Of a stretch of 64,000 nt of DNA, positions 16,517 through 30,418 are shown piece by piece. Positions within the stretch are counted from its first letter, which is position 1, and each line of letters opens with the position of its first letter. The notes beneath the pieces were generated by a model, which did no database searches, was not told where the DNA came from, and saw only the letters and a list, made by a program, of their open reading frames with translations. This DNA is from the human T2T-CHM13v2.0 reference genome, Homo sapiens, in the NCBI RefSeq assembly GCF_009914755.1, contig NC_060926.1; one strand, 5' to 3'. A program made the position numbers and the translations under genes.

Positions 16517-16966
16517 TTTTTATTTTTATAATTTCAACTTTTATTATAGATTAAAGGGTACATGTGCTGGTTTGCTACTTGGGTATATTGTGTGACACTG
16601 AAGTTCGGGGCACGAATGATCACCCCTTAGTAAGCATAGTATCCAATAGGTGTTTTTCAGTCCACACTTTCCTCCCTCCCTCCCCTGTCTAGTTGTCCCA
16701 GTGTCTATTGTTCCCATCTTCATATCTATGGGTATTCAATGTTTATTTAGCTCTCTCTTATACGTGAGAACACGTGGTATTTGGTTTTCTGCTCTTTAGT
16801 TAATTTGCCTAGAATAATGGCCTCCAACTACATCCATGTTTGCTGGAAAGAACCTGATATCATTTTTTTTATGTCTACATAGTATTTCATGATATAATAT
16901 ACTACATTTTCTTTATCCAGTTCACCATTAATGGGTACCTAGGTTGATGCCATATCTTTGATATTG
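16517..16966 (-). mobile_element. 5'-truncated L1PA15/16-like 3' end with 14-bp TSD
   Basis: Antisense L1 3'UTR; perfect TSD aaacactgcattta at 16503-16516 and 16967-16980. Confidence 0.92.
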
Positions 16967-17296
16967 AAACACTGCATTTAATAAAAGCCCTAATGTAAAT
17001 TTGCTAGCTGTTCTCACTTGACCTTAATGTTAAATAATATTTTTACCCAGTGCTCATATTTTGATCATTTATATTAATTTCAACATAAAGAATGGACATC
17101 TCTTTGGAGAGGAGCAAATTCTACAGGTGGGGTATGAAAATTCAAGATATGGTTGGAAAATTTTATTTCAATATATGAAAGAAACTATCAAATATAGCTT
17201 CTATTGGTGTTAAAAAGAACAAATAAGCCATCTTAAAGGAATTCCCATTTCCAGTTTTTGTGGGATTGCATATTTGAATAAAAAAATATATACTCA

Positions 17297-17597
<301 letters not shown>

Positions 17598-17654
17598 AAA
17601 AATATATACATAAAACAGTATACTCAACTGGAGCAAACTGAGTCTATAAAAACC

Positions 17655-18149
17655 AAAGATACATGTATGCATGTGTTCATTGCAGCACTATTCTCAATAG
17701 CAAAGACATGGAATCAACCCAAATGTTCATAAATGATAGACTAGACGAAGAAAATGTGGTACATACGAACAATAGAATACTATGGATCTATAAAGAGGAA
17801 TGAGATCATGTCCTTTGCAGGGACATGGATGAAGCTAGAAGCCATTATCCTCAGCAAACTAATGTAGGAACAGAAAACCAAACACCACATGTTCTCACGC
17901 ATAAGTGGGAGCTAAACAATGAGAACACATGGACACAGGAAGGGGAACAACACTCACTGGGGCCTGTTGGGGGTAGGTTGGAGGAATAGAGAGCATTAGG
18001 AAAAATAGCTAATGCATACTGGGTTTAATACCTAGGTGATGGGTTGATAAGTGCAGCAAACCACCATGGCACATGTTTACCTGTGTAACAAACCTGCACA
18101 TCCTGCACATGTACCCCAGAACTAAAAATAAAAATTAAAAGAAAAAAAA
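17655..18149 (+). mobile_element. L1PA (about PA10-13) 3' end
   Basis: 'ttcattgcagcactattctcaatagcaaagacatggaatcaacccaaatg...aacctgcacatcctgcacatgtaccccagaact' plus A tail; possible TSD aaaaacca. Confidence 0.93.
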
Positions 18150-18593
18150 CCACTAATCCATAATGTTACACAACAGATTGTCAAATGGAAAAATGTTTGC
18201 TACCTAGGAGACATATCTACCTCCTGAAAGAAATTGTACACTCCATTACCTAAAATATAAATAATTCATAACTTCAGTGGATATAACCAATCGCAAAAGG
18301 TCAAGTTGTAGACTGTGGAAGCAAACTGTGATCAAAGTTCTTAGATTAGAAATGGGCTAATGGAATACAATAGAGAGTCCAAAAATATATTCATAGACAT
18401 ATAAACGTTGGTTTACAACAAAAATAGCATTGAGATGAAGTGTGGAAAAGAACTTCATCAACTGAATAGTTAGGGGGAAAATGAACCCGGACCCCTACCT
18501 CATAATCTAAATAAAGATCAATTCTAAAGTAAATTAAGAATTCCTAATATGGAAGTTTAGAGGAAATAGTTTATATAGATAGATAGATAATGT

Positions 18594-18720
18594 TTATTAT
18601 TTAAATAGTAATAAATTTTTAAATTAAAATTTTATAATAAAAAAATTTAATTTTTTATATAATTTTTTTAATTAAAAAAAAATTTTAAAAATATTTTAAA
18701 TTGTATTAAAATTAAATTAA
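18594..18720. repeat. AT low-complexity block
   Basis: About 127 bp with only two G and no C; runs of A and T. Confidence 0.9.
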
Positions 18721-18935
18721 AACTCCTAAACTCAAGGATTCCTCCTGTCTCAGCCTCTTGAGTAGCTGGGACTACAAGCATGCACCCCATGCCCAGCTAA
18801 TTTTTAATTATGTTTTGTAGAAACATCGTCTTGCTATATTGCCCAGGTTGGTCTTGAACTCCTGGTCTCAAGCAGTCCTCCTGTCTTGGCCTCCCAAACT
18901 GCTGGGATTACAGGTGTGAGCCCCCACACCTGGCC
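18721..18935 (-). mobile_element. AluJ lacking the distal right arm and tail
   Basis: 'ttgcccaggttggtcttgaactcctggtctcaagcagtcctcc' (J-type diagnostic); ends 'cacctggcc'. Confidence 0.9.
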
Positions 18936-20469
18936 TTATTAATATGTTTATTAATATTTTAACTAAACAGAAAAGGTAAAATAATAAAACATAGGAGAAT
19001 ACCTTATGACCTTGGCATGGGCAAAATTTCTTAAACAGAATACAGAAAGCATTAGTCATGAAGAAAAGGATCAATTTTATGAAAAAATCATTGAATTAAG
19101 AACTTTTTATTAAAAGACACCACATATCAAAAGGCAAAACACAGAATAGGAAAAGATGTCTGCAATATATTTATATGACAAGAGATTCCTACCCTGAATA
19201 TATTAAGACAACCTAGAAATAAATAAGAAAATTACAGAAATGGAGAAATGGGCAAAAGATCTGAAAAGATACTTTGCAAAATACTTTATCCACATGGCTA
19301 ATAAGCAAATGAAAAGATACTCAAAATAATTAGTTACTAGATAAATGCCAATTAAAACCACAGTTCTGTACAATTACATATCTATCAAAATGGCTACAAT
19401 CAAAATGATTAACGATCTCAAGTGTTGACAAGAATGCTAAACAATTGAACCTATCAAATACTGCTGATGATTACATGGATATATTCAATTTATAAAAATT
19501 CTTTGAGCCACGTACCTAAGATTTGTGTATTGTCGCATATATAAGTTAAACTTAATTACAAAAATTTACACAAGTATTTATCAATTGAAGAGTGATTGTG
19601 TTTTTATAATATTAATATTTCTTATTCAAAAGCATCATATATATTTCTATTTGTTCCAAACTTGTTTCATGTTTGTTACTTTTTTTTCTTTCCACAAAGG
19701 TCCTATTTATTACTCATAACATGAACTTAACATAGGATATTTGCCTGAATGGAAGACTGTCATCTCAGTACAAGATGTGTTGTGGCGATCTGGCATGCAA
19801 TTTTTTCAGATTGGCCTTCTCCTCACTTACTCAATTCTATGCAAATAGTACTATAAATAACAAGTAAATTTCTCACTTGAGATAATGAACAAATTTTAAT
19901 GTGGTCTGAAAACTGATAAAGCACTTCAGAAAACTTCAATGCAACTCTGGTGTAATTATATGAATTTCAAAATATATTTAAAGCAATTTTGTTGCTAGTA
20001 AACCTGATAAGCATATTATAAATTTCTAGAAATGCCTATGGGGGAGTTAATTTTATACAGTGTAAAGTCTCAAAAAGATCAAGAAAATCACCTACATAAA
20101 CTCCATTATGTTAATACAGAAATACTTAGATGACAGAGAGTGCTATTTTTGTTCAGCTCTGAAAAACATTCAGAAGGGAAGGAAGGGGAGAATTGAAAAT
20201 GCTAAGGCTGTGGAGTCATGGATACCTGAATATGAAATAAATGTCCTTCTTGTTCTAGGAATGGAATTGTGAAAAGCATACACACTCACACACACACACG
20301 TATACAAGAACTTAAGTTCCCCCAAAATGTTACATTAATATAAAAATTACTAGAATGCTATAGACAAATATAGACTTTAAAAAATGTTTTAGTCTTACAC
20401 AAAATAATTTTTTTATTCAAGAATATGCCTCCAATTTTATGAAAACGATTAGTGGGAAAAAATGCAATA

Positions 20470-20892
20470 CAGGTTGAGTATGCCTTATCCAAAATGCTTG
20501 GGACCAGAAGTGTTTTGGATCTCAGATTTTTTCAGATTTTGGAATATTTGCATATATATATGCAAATATATATATATTTATAATATATATGTGTGCGTAT
20601 GTGTATGTGTGTGTGTATAAATATACACACACATAAAATAAGATATCTTAGGGATGAGACCCAAGTCTAAACATGAAATGAAATTTATTTATATTTCATA
20701 TAAATCTTATTTACATAGCTTGAAGTAAATTTACACAATATTTTAAATAATTTTGTGAATGAAACAAAGTTTTGACTGTGACCTGTCACATGAGGTCAGG
20801 TATGGAATTTTCCATTTGTGGTGTTATGTCATCACTCAAAAAATTTCAAATTTGGGAGCATTTTAGATTTTGGATTAGGGATGGTCAACCTG
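20470..20892 (+). mobile_element. Tigger4b/MER46B-type TcMar-Tigger MITE with internal TA/TG microsatellite
   Basis: TIRs 'caggttgagtatgcctt' and 'tagggatggtcaacctg'; TA duplicated on both sides. Confidence 0.9.
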
Positions 20893-21019
20893 TACTTTTC
20901 AACGCAAATAGCTTCATGCCCAAATTTAAAATAAGCTGTATGTTATATGAAGTTTTATAATTGCAACCAATTCAAGAAATAGGCAATGTTACTGAGAGCT
21001 CCTCCAGGGCAAAGACCAC

Positions 21020-21097
21020 AGGTCATTTATCCCCAGTGCACACCGTAATGTATGGCACACACAAGATACCTGACTAATGTTTACTGAATGAGTAAAG
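21020..21097 (+). mobile_element. L2 3' end fragment
   Basis: 'tatccccagtgc...tggcacacac...aatgtttactgaatgagt'. Confidence 0.55.
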
Positions 21098-23828
21098 ATG
21101 AGATAATAAGAAAGCAATTGAAGAAAGTTACTGGAGATGGGAAGCTGTCTTTCATTAGGTAAGTTTACTATTTCTATTATTGTAACTGCCTTTTTAAGCC
21201 TGTTTTTAAGAACTGAAGTCAAACCAAGACATCAAGTACTGACAAACTGATCACTCAGTTCAAAGTGAATTTTGAAACACTTGTGAAAAATTCATCTTTC
21301 CTTCAAATAACAGTACAGAGCAAAATGTATACCCTTCCTTGCAGACAAATGAGTTACTACTAAAAGATCAAGTAGTTTAACCAGGATTTGATTTCCTTCG
21401 AAATGTGTACTATCAGTTGGAAGCCTACGGTTTCTTTTGGCATTTTGGGTATCAAGCCCCCTTTCTTTATAGTTTTTTAAATGTTGAAGAAAGAACTGTA
21501 CTGTGTGTGGAAAATAGGAGAAAACATCCAGCAGAAGCTAGTTCTCACAAAAAATGCCTCAAATACCATTTAAGTGATTTACAGAGTAACTGCACTAATC
21601 CCATAAACTGATTTGGGATTAGCTTTGTGAAAGGTGAACAGGGCAGATTTATATCCTAGCTGAAAGCTTCAAGCTAGGAATCAATTTGGACAGACTTTGT
21701 TCTTTCATTCCTTTTGAGTGCAAGAGCAGCTTGCACTTGGCTCTGTGAGAAATCTAGAAGAGTTGTCTTTAGTTCATGTCTTCTCTATTTGCTCTACAAA
21801 CAGAAGCCACCCTCATGAGCCCACAGAAAACTCTGGAGAAAACATTAGGCCTTGACAGTAGCCTAAAGATCGGAGACAAGAACTGACAGAATAATTAAAA
21901 TATACGTGTAAGGATAAGTTTTCTTTTTCTTTTTCTTTTTTTGATATATACTATTATTCTAGGAGCTACCAAATTTGAAAAATATAAACCTTCCAAGTTT
22001 TTTAAAGTTCTGTAAAACAGTGAACCCATGTATCTGGTGTGTGGAAAAGGCAAAGAGAGAGCAGAGAATATCTCTGCAGTGTTGTAGTCTGCAGGATGCA
22101 TGTTTTGGTACCTACATATTCAAAAATACTAACTTGTACATTTTGATCTTCTATTTTCACTTTCCTGAGTCTAAAAGTTTCTTGTTTTTTAAGAATCCTC
22201 TATGGAAATGCAGATATATCCCTTGAATATCCAAGTGAATGTCCTTGTCAGTTAACTTCCAGGTACCAAATCAGAACTTTGAAGAATTAGGGTATAGAGA
22301 AACATGGCGTGTTATGTCAAAAACAAGGAAACAGGCTGAGATAATTTATTATCTACAAAAATTGTAAAATATGATTCAGTTTTATTTCCTTTACTTGAAC
22401 CTGAAGTCATGTTAATGCCAATTTCAGTGAAAAGTTGACCCCAAATACATTGAGCCAGAAGCAAAGAAATAACATCTAAAAATAAACCTGTTCACAATGC
22501 ACTTCCATTCTGTCTAATCCCAACAATTGCTACATGAGAATGATTGGAAACAGCTCTTTCTTACTCTTAATAGTACCTATTTATGTATAAAAGTTTCATT
22601 TTTTCATGCTGTGTGGTTAAGAATCTTTAGTATAAAAACAATATTCTCAGGAATAAGAATTACAAAAGCAGAGCTCTTCTTAATATAAAGTGATATAAAT
22701 TCAAGGACTGGGGTAGAATTACCTGCTCACAACTCAGAACACTGCTGAATGTGTGGCTCATTCCATTAACACTGTACCTTCACAACTAAGAAATAGTTGA
22801 GGAAAGAAGACCTTTTCCTGGATTTGGGGTATCTGCATTCAAATATATGAAATCATTTTCCCATTTATTTCAAAATGGCAATTTCTATTATACTGAAAGT
22901 GCATTTCTAAACGCACATTATCTGATAAGCTAGCAATGTCTTCCCTTATGTATTGCTTCATTCAGAATACTGAGAATGAAAAACTGTTTTGGAGGCTGTA
23001 CAATACCATAAAGGAAACTATCAACTCATATTTCCATGCTCTCCCATTGTTTTTTGTAATACATTCATTTAAAAATATTTAAAGATAAAGATAATTTTAA
23101 TCTCTTATTTTAGCTATTAGATCTTCATTTCTCATTTTCTAAACTCTACTAACAAGAAGCCCAACATGTATTAACCACTTGAAGAAATATTTTTAACCTA
23201 TCTTTGCTTTCTATACTCAAGTTGGGTATTCTAAATATACTTACTTAAGCTATTGTCCCAGTAACCTCAGGAATCAATTCTACACTTTAGCATTCATGCT
23301 TTATGCAATTGTATTATGCAAACAATTTTAACAGAAAATTTTAGGATAAACTGAAAGGAGCTAGAAGTAGAGATTGGGAAAGCAGTCAAGGATAGAAACA
23401 TGGAAAGGAGATTCATGACTCTGACCTCAAGAGACACATAAAGCTAATCTAGGTAGCTAGAGGACAGTTGTGCAGGATTATTTTTAAGATAGTGGTGAAT
23501 TATAAGAAATACCTGTGTATGTCTCCACATCTTTAATTAATATAAACTTCATTTTGGAGTCCTGTCCACTTTTTTTAGAAAAGTAACTTTTGGTTACTTA
23601 ACACTTCAAATATATCCAAGTTAAATTATTTTCTAAATTTATTTTTGATACAAGGTAATTGATTTTCATATCGTGGATATTGATTTTAAACAATAATCAA
23701 AAATACAAATAAATGTTCACTAACATGACTTTAGGAGTATTTCATTCTATTTCAATTCTGTGAAAATTATAAACCTATCCATAGCCTATGTGGAAACTGT
23801 TCACTTGTATAGTTTTTATTACCTAGAA

Positions 23829-24081
23829 CAGGGGTCAGGAAACTATGACTCATGGGCGAAATACAGTCTGTACTCTATTTTGTATGTGTTGTGAATCAAG
23901 AATTATCTTTTATATTTCTAAGGGGAAACAACAAAGCAGTTAGGAGGAAAAGAAAGAGGAAGAGGAGAATGGGGACGGAGAGACAAAGCAGAGGAGAAAG
24001 AAGGAAAGGAGGCAGGCACATGTCCACAAAGCTCAAAATATTTCCTATCTTTTCCTCTACCAAAACAGTTTTCTGGTTCTG
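23829..24081 (+). mobile_element. MER58-like hAT-Charlie MITE
   Basis: 'caggggtcaggaaactatgactcatgggcgaaat' at the start and 'aaaatatttcctatct' near the end. Confidence 0.65.
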
Positions 24082-25031
24082 ATCAGATGATCACCCTCAC
24101 CCAACAATCTAGAAATAATCCAAACTCCTGCACCAATAACACTGAACTTATATAACAATTTTATGTTCTATGTTCACAGAACACATGTGTAACCTATTCT
24201 CAAGACTTTCCCAAATTATTATCTCTTGCTCTCTCGTGTAAATCTATGAATTATTAGTTTTAGAGCTCCCTACTAAGTCTTCACCATTCACCAGTGATGC
24301 CAGGGTGGTGCTGGAGACTGTGGCAAATGCAGGACGTACTTGGACTCAGCCACTTCTGATCTTTCTTAACCCAATGTACTCTATTTGAATATCTGGTTTC
24401 AGTGACTTAAACATGAATTTAAAGCCAGTTGCTCCTAACAGCATCAGCTACCAGCCCCACTCCTTCCAAACCCTTTGTTTAGAGGTACATTGAGCCTCTG
24501 AGCCTGTCACTGGGAGAAGTTCATTTTATTGTAACCCTATTTAAACCATATAAATACACTTTCAGTAACAAGTTGATGAGATAGCAGTGCCATCTAACAG
24601 CTGTAAAAGTTAATACCACAGATCTAATATATAGGTATTAATGAGAGAGTAATTCAGTGTTTTGTTCTTTTACTGAAAACTGACTATTTGAATTCAAGGG
24701 AGCCTAAGATATTCCTGTTGCTTCTTAAAATGATACTTGTTTTTCCTTTCTTTTGCTAAGGCATATCTTAAAGTAATTTTCTTTTACCCTGGGGTTCCAT
24801 ATTCAAATCAACTCAAGTCACCACTGACCATGTATTACCCCTCACAGTTGGTTAACAGAGTTAGTCCATACTGAACAGAACATGGAGATGTCTGGAACCC
24901 AAATTTGACTCAAATTGTCCATGTTGATTTGCCTTTATAGCTGTTTGAGAAGCACATGAAAGTTAAGTTATCCTAAAGTCCAAGATACCGGGATAATGTT
25001 CACCAAGTAAAGGTTTAAACATTCTCACCTG

Positions 25032-25306
25032 GGCTAGGCACGGTGGCTCACACCTGTAATCCCAACACTTTGGGAGGCCGAGGTGGGCAGATCACCTGAG
25101 GTCAGGAGTTCGAGACCAGCCTGACCAACATGGTGAAACCCTGTCTCTACTAAAAATACAAAATGATTAGCTGGGCATAGTGGCAGGAGCCTGTAATCCC
25201 AACTACTCTGGAGGCTGAGGATAATCGCCTGAACCCAGGAGGCGGAGATTGCACCATCGCACTCCAGCCTGGGTGACAGAGTGAGACTCTGTTTAAAAAA
25301 AAAAAA
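25032..25306 (+). mobile_element. AluSx-like with right-arm deletions
   Basis: TSD attctcacctg at 25021-25031 and 25307-25317; right arm lacks 'ggttgcagtgagccga'. Confidence 0.96.
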
Positions 25307-26424
25307 ATTCTCACCTGTAGAAGTATGCAGCTTTGCAGTTGCTGCTGATCATTGAGATTTGTACACTCTGCCAATAATTCACTTTGGGTATGAAAAAGAT
25401 CATGTTTTAAGACATTTTAGGTATCCACCCCATACCTAGCATAGCAAGGATATCTTCCCTAAAACTTTTTAAGCTGCTTTTTTTATCTAAGAATTGGGCA
25501 TAACATTAAGAGTAATGAAGATACCTGGTTGGAAATGTGTATTAACCTCTAATCCTTTTAACAAAGTCTTTTACATGTATAGTATACCATTTTACCAATT
25601 TTCTCACACTGAATTTCTGACCAGTGACATATTCAACAAGTTGTTATATAACATGCAAAGCACACTTATAGAGATGGAGGGGTTCCAGAAGTGAATGAGA
25701 CATTACCCTGTTGTTAATGGATTTATAACATGATAGGCAAAATTAAAAATGTACACAACTATCTGCAATAGAAACAATCAGACTAGTAGCTTAAAGGTGA
25801 TAAAAAGCGCTGTGATGTTTTTGAAAATAAATCAGCTTCTGCACAGGTGAAGAACAGGGAATCCTCCACAGAGTATGACATTTTTGGTGAGCCTTAAGGG
25901 ACTGATAATATTTAATAATATAATAGAGCAGTAACAAATCTTAGATCAAGATAATAGCAAGCACAAAGGAGGATAGTTGAATAAGCAAAGAGCACATTTG
26001 GAAAGGCATATTTGACTACCCATAGAAAATGTTTAAATAAGGATAAAAGGGGTCAAATTTAATATGGAAAACTGAATGACTTACAGAGGAGTTTAGAAAT
26101 TACTCACAGGCAAATAGGAAATTACTAAAGTTTTCTGATAAGGTAATGGCTATTATTTATTCAAAATATTTATGAGTTTCCGCCTCTACACAGGACAGAC
26201 ACAGTCCATGAACTTCAGGATCCTGGCATCTCCTGGAGGGTCAGAAAAAAGAAATACAATGTAAGATGATATGATTTCTCACAGAGGTTGGCTGAAATCG
26301 ACTTTAGAAAAATTTGTCTGGAAACAACTAAGGAATGATGGTGAGAGAGAGACAGAAGGCAGAGAGGCTACAGCAGTGAGAAGCAGTAGGGTGCCTCAGA
26401 GAGGCGTCTGAACTTCGGAACTCA

Positions 26425-26625
26425 ATAACACTAGATTTTAATTCCAGAACAACCACTTACTAGCTGTGTAACCTTGAGCAACTTGCTTGACCTTTCTTAG
26501 GTTGACTTTTCACACCTGAAAGATGAGTTAATAGGGCCTACTTCCGAGAGAGTTGTGAACATTAAATGAGATAATGCATGAAAAGCACCTGGCATCAAGG
26601 AGGCAATCAATAGTGGTAGCAATTA
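26425..26625 (+). mobile_element. MIR
   Basis: MIR core 'ccacttactagctgtgtaaccttgagcaa...gttgtgaacattaaatgagataatgcatgaaaagcacctggca'. Confidence 0.88.
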
Positions 26626-26731
26626 TTGCAACATCACTGGTAAGAAATAATGAAAGCTGCAGTAGGGCGTTGGCAGTTGGAACATAAAGGCAAAAGTGGA
26701 GGAAGGTGCACAGCAAAAGCACACTCTGTAG

Positions 26732-26871
26732 CAGTGGATCTCAAATGAAGTCGTGCCTGTCTTAAACAGCAAATGTTTTCATGCCCCATCTGAAGACACT
26801 CCAATTCAGGAGGATAAATTGAGGTAAATCAACAGATTCTTGGTTTATAGTCCAGAATTTGAGAAATACTG
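26732..26871. mobile_element. Short hAT-Charlie (MER5-like) MITE
   Basis: Inverted termini 'cagtggatctcaaa' and 'tttgagaaatactg'; 8-bp flanks ctctgtag/tcctatag. Confidence 0.6.
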
Positions 26872-27404
26872 TCCTATAGGAGTTGGTTGCTGGCTGGACG
26901 TCAGGGAAAAATAAAAGGGAGCATTCAAAGATGCTCAGAGCGGAGGTTATTAATCCAAAGATGGTGCATCCTCAAGAATAAAGGATAGAATTCAGAGTTT
27001 AGGAATCGGCCTCAAATAGAGGTCTGTATGAACCTTTGCCTAAGAAGAAAATCCATACCCTTCGTCAGGTACTCAAAGATATTTCGATTCCAAAAAGTTT
27101 AGTTTCACAATTTAGAGATTATGGGTATAACAGGGATAATGGTTAGGAATAGAAATGGAATAGTCATAATGGCTCATTCAGTCTGGGATATATCCTGCAG
27201 GGAATTCATTACGTGATCAGGAATCTGGCATAACATTTGTTCTAGAAGGTACACTTAAGAGGCATCTATGGAAGGATGTGGAGGAACATCATGGTGTGTT
27301 GGGGGGCACTGTACAGGGAGAAATGAGGGGAGAAAATAGAATGAGGACAGAACTAGGAGTTTGAATAATGGCCACATAGAGTGGATAAAGAATGAGTGGT
27401 CAGT

Positions 27405-27770
27405 GACAGAAAGACAAATACTGCATGATCTCACTTACATGTGGAATCTAAAACAGTTGGACTCATAAAATTAGAGAGGAGAATGGTGGTTACCAGGGGC
27501 TGGGAAGATGTTGGTCAAAGAATATAAAAGTCCTGTTAGACATAAGGAGTAGGTTCAAGAGATCTATTGTACAACATGGTGACTACAGTTAATAACAATG
27601 TATTATATTTTTAAAATCACAAAGACTTTGAGTGTTCTCACCACAAAAAATTGTAAGTATATTAGCTTAATTGAGTCATTCCACAATATGTACACATTTC
27701 AAAATATCTTAGTGTACACAATACATACAATTCTTATTTGTCATTCAAAAAAATAAAATATAAATGAATG
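27405..27770 (+). mobile_element. L1MA 3' end with degenerate TSD
   Basis: 'cagaaagacaaatactgcatgatctcacttacatgtggaatctaaaa'; TSD aatgagtggtcagt (27391-27404) versus aatgaatgatcagt (27771-27784). Confidence 0.9.
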
Positions 27771-28499
27771 AATGAATGATCAGTAGAGGAAACCAAGAAG
27801 AAGAGACCAGAGAGAAAGAGGAATAATGAAAGGAAAGCTCCCTCAGGAAAGCCAACAGAGGTAGCACTTTCAAAAAGGAGAAAAAGTTCAACAATGTTAA
27901 ATAGCTCAGAGAGGTCAGAGAGCCTGGGGAAGATTATTAAAGTTGTTTATTTGGTCATCAGCCACATTAGAAGCACAATTTCCAGAGAAGAGATTGTAGT
28001 TGGGCAGCAACTGGTTAATGATGAAATTAGCATTAATTAATATACTTGGTCTAAGATCATAAATTACAATTTCTCTGAAGAAAACAGGACTTCAGTTAAA
28101 GGCCTTATCCCACTGAAATTCTACTTAAATTGCTTACTCTGGTAGCAAAAAGAACCACAATGTGGGGGAATGTGAGACCACTCGGTTGCAGGTTTAAGCT
28201 TAATACCTAGAGTTGTCCATTTCCAAATGAGGACTATCCCCAGTAGCCATAGAGACTGATTCAAAAGCCAATTACTTCTGTGCGCCTCTATTCCCTACTT
28301 TGTCTGATTTGTGGTGAAGGCTAAGCACAGAGGGAAAACGCCAAATAAAATGTTCACTGTCTCCATAAAATATCCTCACATTACAAGAAGATAATCCTGC
28401 TTCTTTGAACTAGCTAAAAACTGACCTTCCCTCACTCAAAACTGCCTGTAAGAGTCCCAGGACAGGTTGTTCTGACATTCTTTTAACATCATCTCATCA

Positions 28500-28960
28500 T
28501 CACAGCCAAAACTAATCACAAGAATATTACCCGTTGACAGGTGCATTTATTCTGTCAATTAAATCAGATGGTTAAATCGAAATGTGCCCCAAATCTCTCT
28601 TGTTTGCATTATCCATATTGGCGTTTCTTGGCCGTGGTTCATTGCTGGCTGGAAGTCGTCCAGCCCCCACAGAGTCACTTTGCAATATTGTGCCAGCAAG
28701 TTTCTATGCTCTGCAACAGCCGCTCCAGCGAGGCCCGAAAAGCACTACAGGACTGACCTGGAATGTTATATTGCTTCACTAAGATTTATTAAAAAATGGA
28801 AGGAGGGAGACTTAGATCAATGTTTTTGGAATAGAAGAGGATATATCACCTCATGGCTAAGCACAGGTGACACGTGGGCAATGAAGCGGAGATGCTAAAG
28901 ACAGGCAGTGAAAAAGGCACACGGAAGATGAAACCAGCCATACGCCTCCAGCTTTCAGCC
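28500..28960. promoter_or_regulatory. Candidate enhancer / conserved non-coding element
   Basis: Unique sequence, roughly a dozen CpGs, inverted TTGACAG/CTGTCAA pair. Confidence 0.4.
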
Positions 28961-30418
28961 CCTTCTCTAAAACTCTCCTCCATCAACATGTCCAAAGAAA
29001 AGCAGTCTCTTAAAGGCTGACTCCTGTTTTTTAAGACCATTTCCTTAAGAAAATATGCAAATATAACCATAACAAGCAACGGAACCGATTCTACTGAACC
29101 ACATTCCCATGTTTAGCTACCAGCAAGATCCCTAAACAGATACTGAGTTTACACGACATTTTGGCCACAAAAAGTATTCAAAAAGAGACATATTAAGGAC
29201 AGGTCTCGGATTCTAGTACCTGATGGATGGTTGGAATGCCAGGATATTTTGGCTCGTATTTCAAAATCCCTTGCTTTTTTCAGCCAGTGTCACCACCTAA
29301 GCATAGCTATAAAGATGCCAGTTTTTTGTAAGGTGCATTTGAAAAGCAAATAGTTCACATTGGAGAGTATGAATAGACAACATAAAAATAAAATGGAGAG
29401 GTAATGAGTGAAAAAAAATCTAGGGCATGAACAAGAGTTGACATGTTAGACTAGAATGGTAGAGTCACTAGAGAATGTCATGTCTTCTAAAGATATGTTT
29501 GGACATAACTATAAATTTCATTCTCCGCATTATCTACCTGAAAGGACCTAACAGTCTCCTTGAAACATTTCAATTGTCAAATAAACATACATGTAGACTT
29601 ACCTTTTTAAAGCTCAGTATTGCATTATATTGCCTAAATATCAGAAAATATTTGTAAACTATATTTAGCTTCTTTTTTGTCAATGTACATTATCTGCCCA
29701 AGGAGCTGAGATGATTTTCCACAATGTTTTGGCTAAAGACACAGTCAGTGACTTTTTTGGTCAAGGTTTTATCCTTTAAAACATGGCATGAAGTTTTAGC
29801 CACTCAAATCTCATTGACTCTAATGGTTCAGTCTTCAAATACCACTTAAAAAGTTTAAATTATGATTTATCTTTGAGGACAGTTACCATCAATCAGGTAA
29901 ATACCTTTTCTGGCCAATTTGTAAGATAGGTATTCTACTCACTTGAAAGAAACGATTTTAGCCTATTTTGCATTTTATTTGAGCACTTCTAAAAAAAATC
30001 ATATTCTATACCCAAGATAATTATTTGATCCCCAGTTTAGCTAATTAGCATTTAGGACATGGATTGTTCATAATACAAAAGACTGGTCAGGAAAAAAAAT
30101 TAGCTACCACATGTGCACACTAACCAGTTTGGAGGATTTATTATCCAGGAGTTCTGAAATGTCACAGCTAGTTCAGCAAGACTGAGGAGTTGCCCTCTGC
30201 TGAGGAGGAGGAATGGAAGATAGATTTCAACAGGACCCAATGCAGAGCAAGGCTTAGTCCAAATTGTAGATAACTAACTTATCAAGGATGCAATCAGTAA
30301 ACAAGTAGGACCTATATCCTAAACTTTGAAGTCTAGTATATAACTTTTTAATGCAAATGTGATAGTAAAACAACTCTGAGATGTTTCACTGGCCAGGCTT
30401 AAAGTCAGATCTGAGTAC

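Larger units (their letters stand above)
18350..19560 (+). mobile_element. Old L1ME/L1MC ORF2 3' remnant interrupted by AluJ
   Basis: 'aaaacataggagaataccttatgaccttgg', 'aaatgggcaaaagatctgaaaagatacttt', 'aaatgccaattaaaaccaca'. Confidence 0.7.
25640..28030 (-). mobile_element. Fragmented antisense L2 hosting MIR, hAT MITE and L1MA insertions
   Basis: Purine-rich antisense L2 motifs: 'aatgagacattaccctg', 'gactttagaaaaatttgtctgg', 'caatgttaaatagctcagagaggtcag'. Confidence 0.55.
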
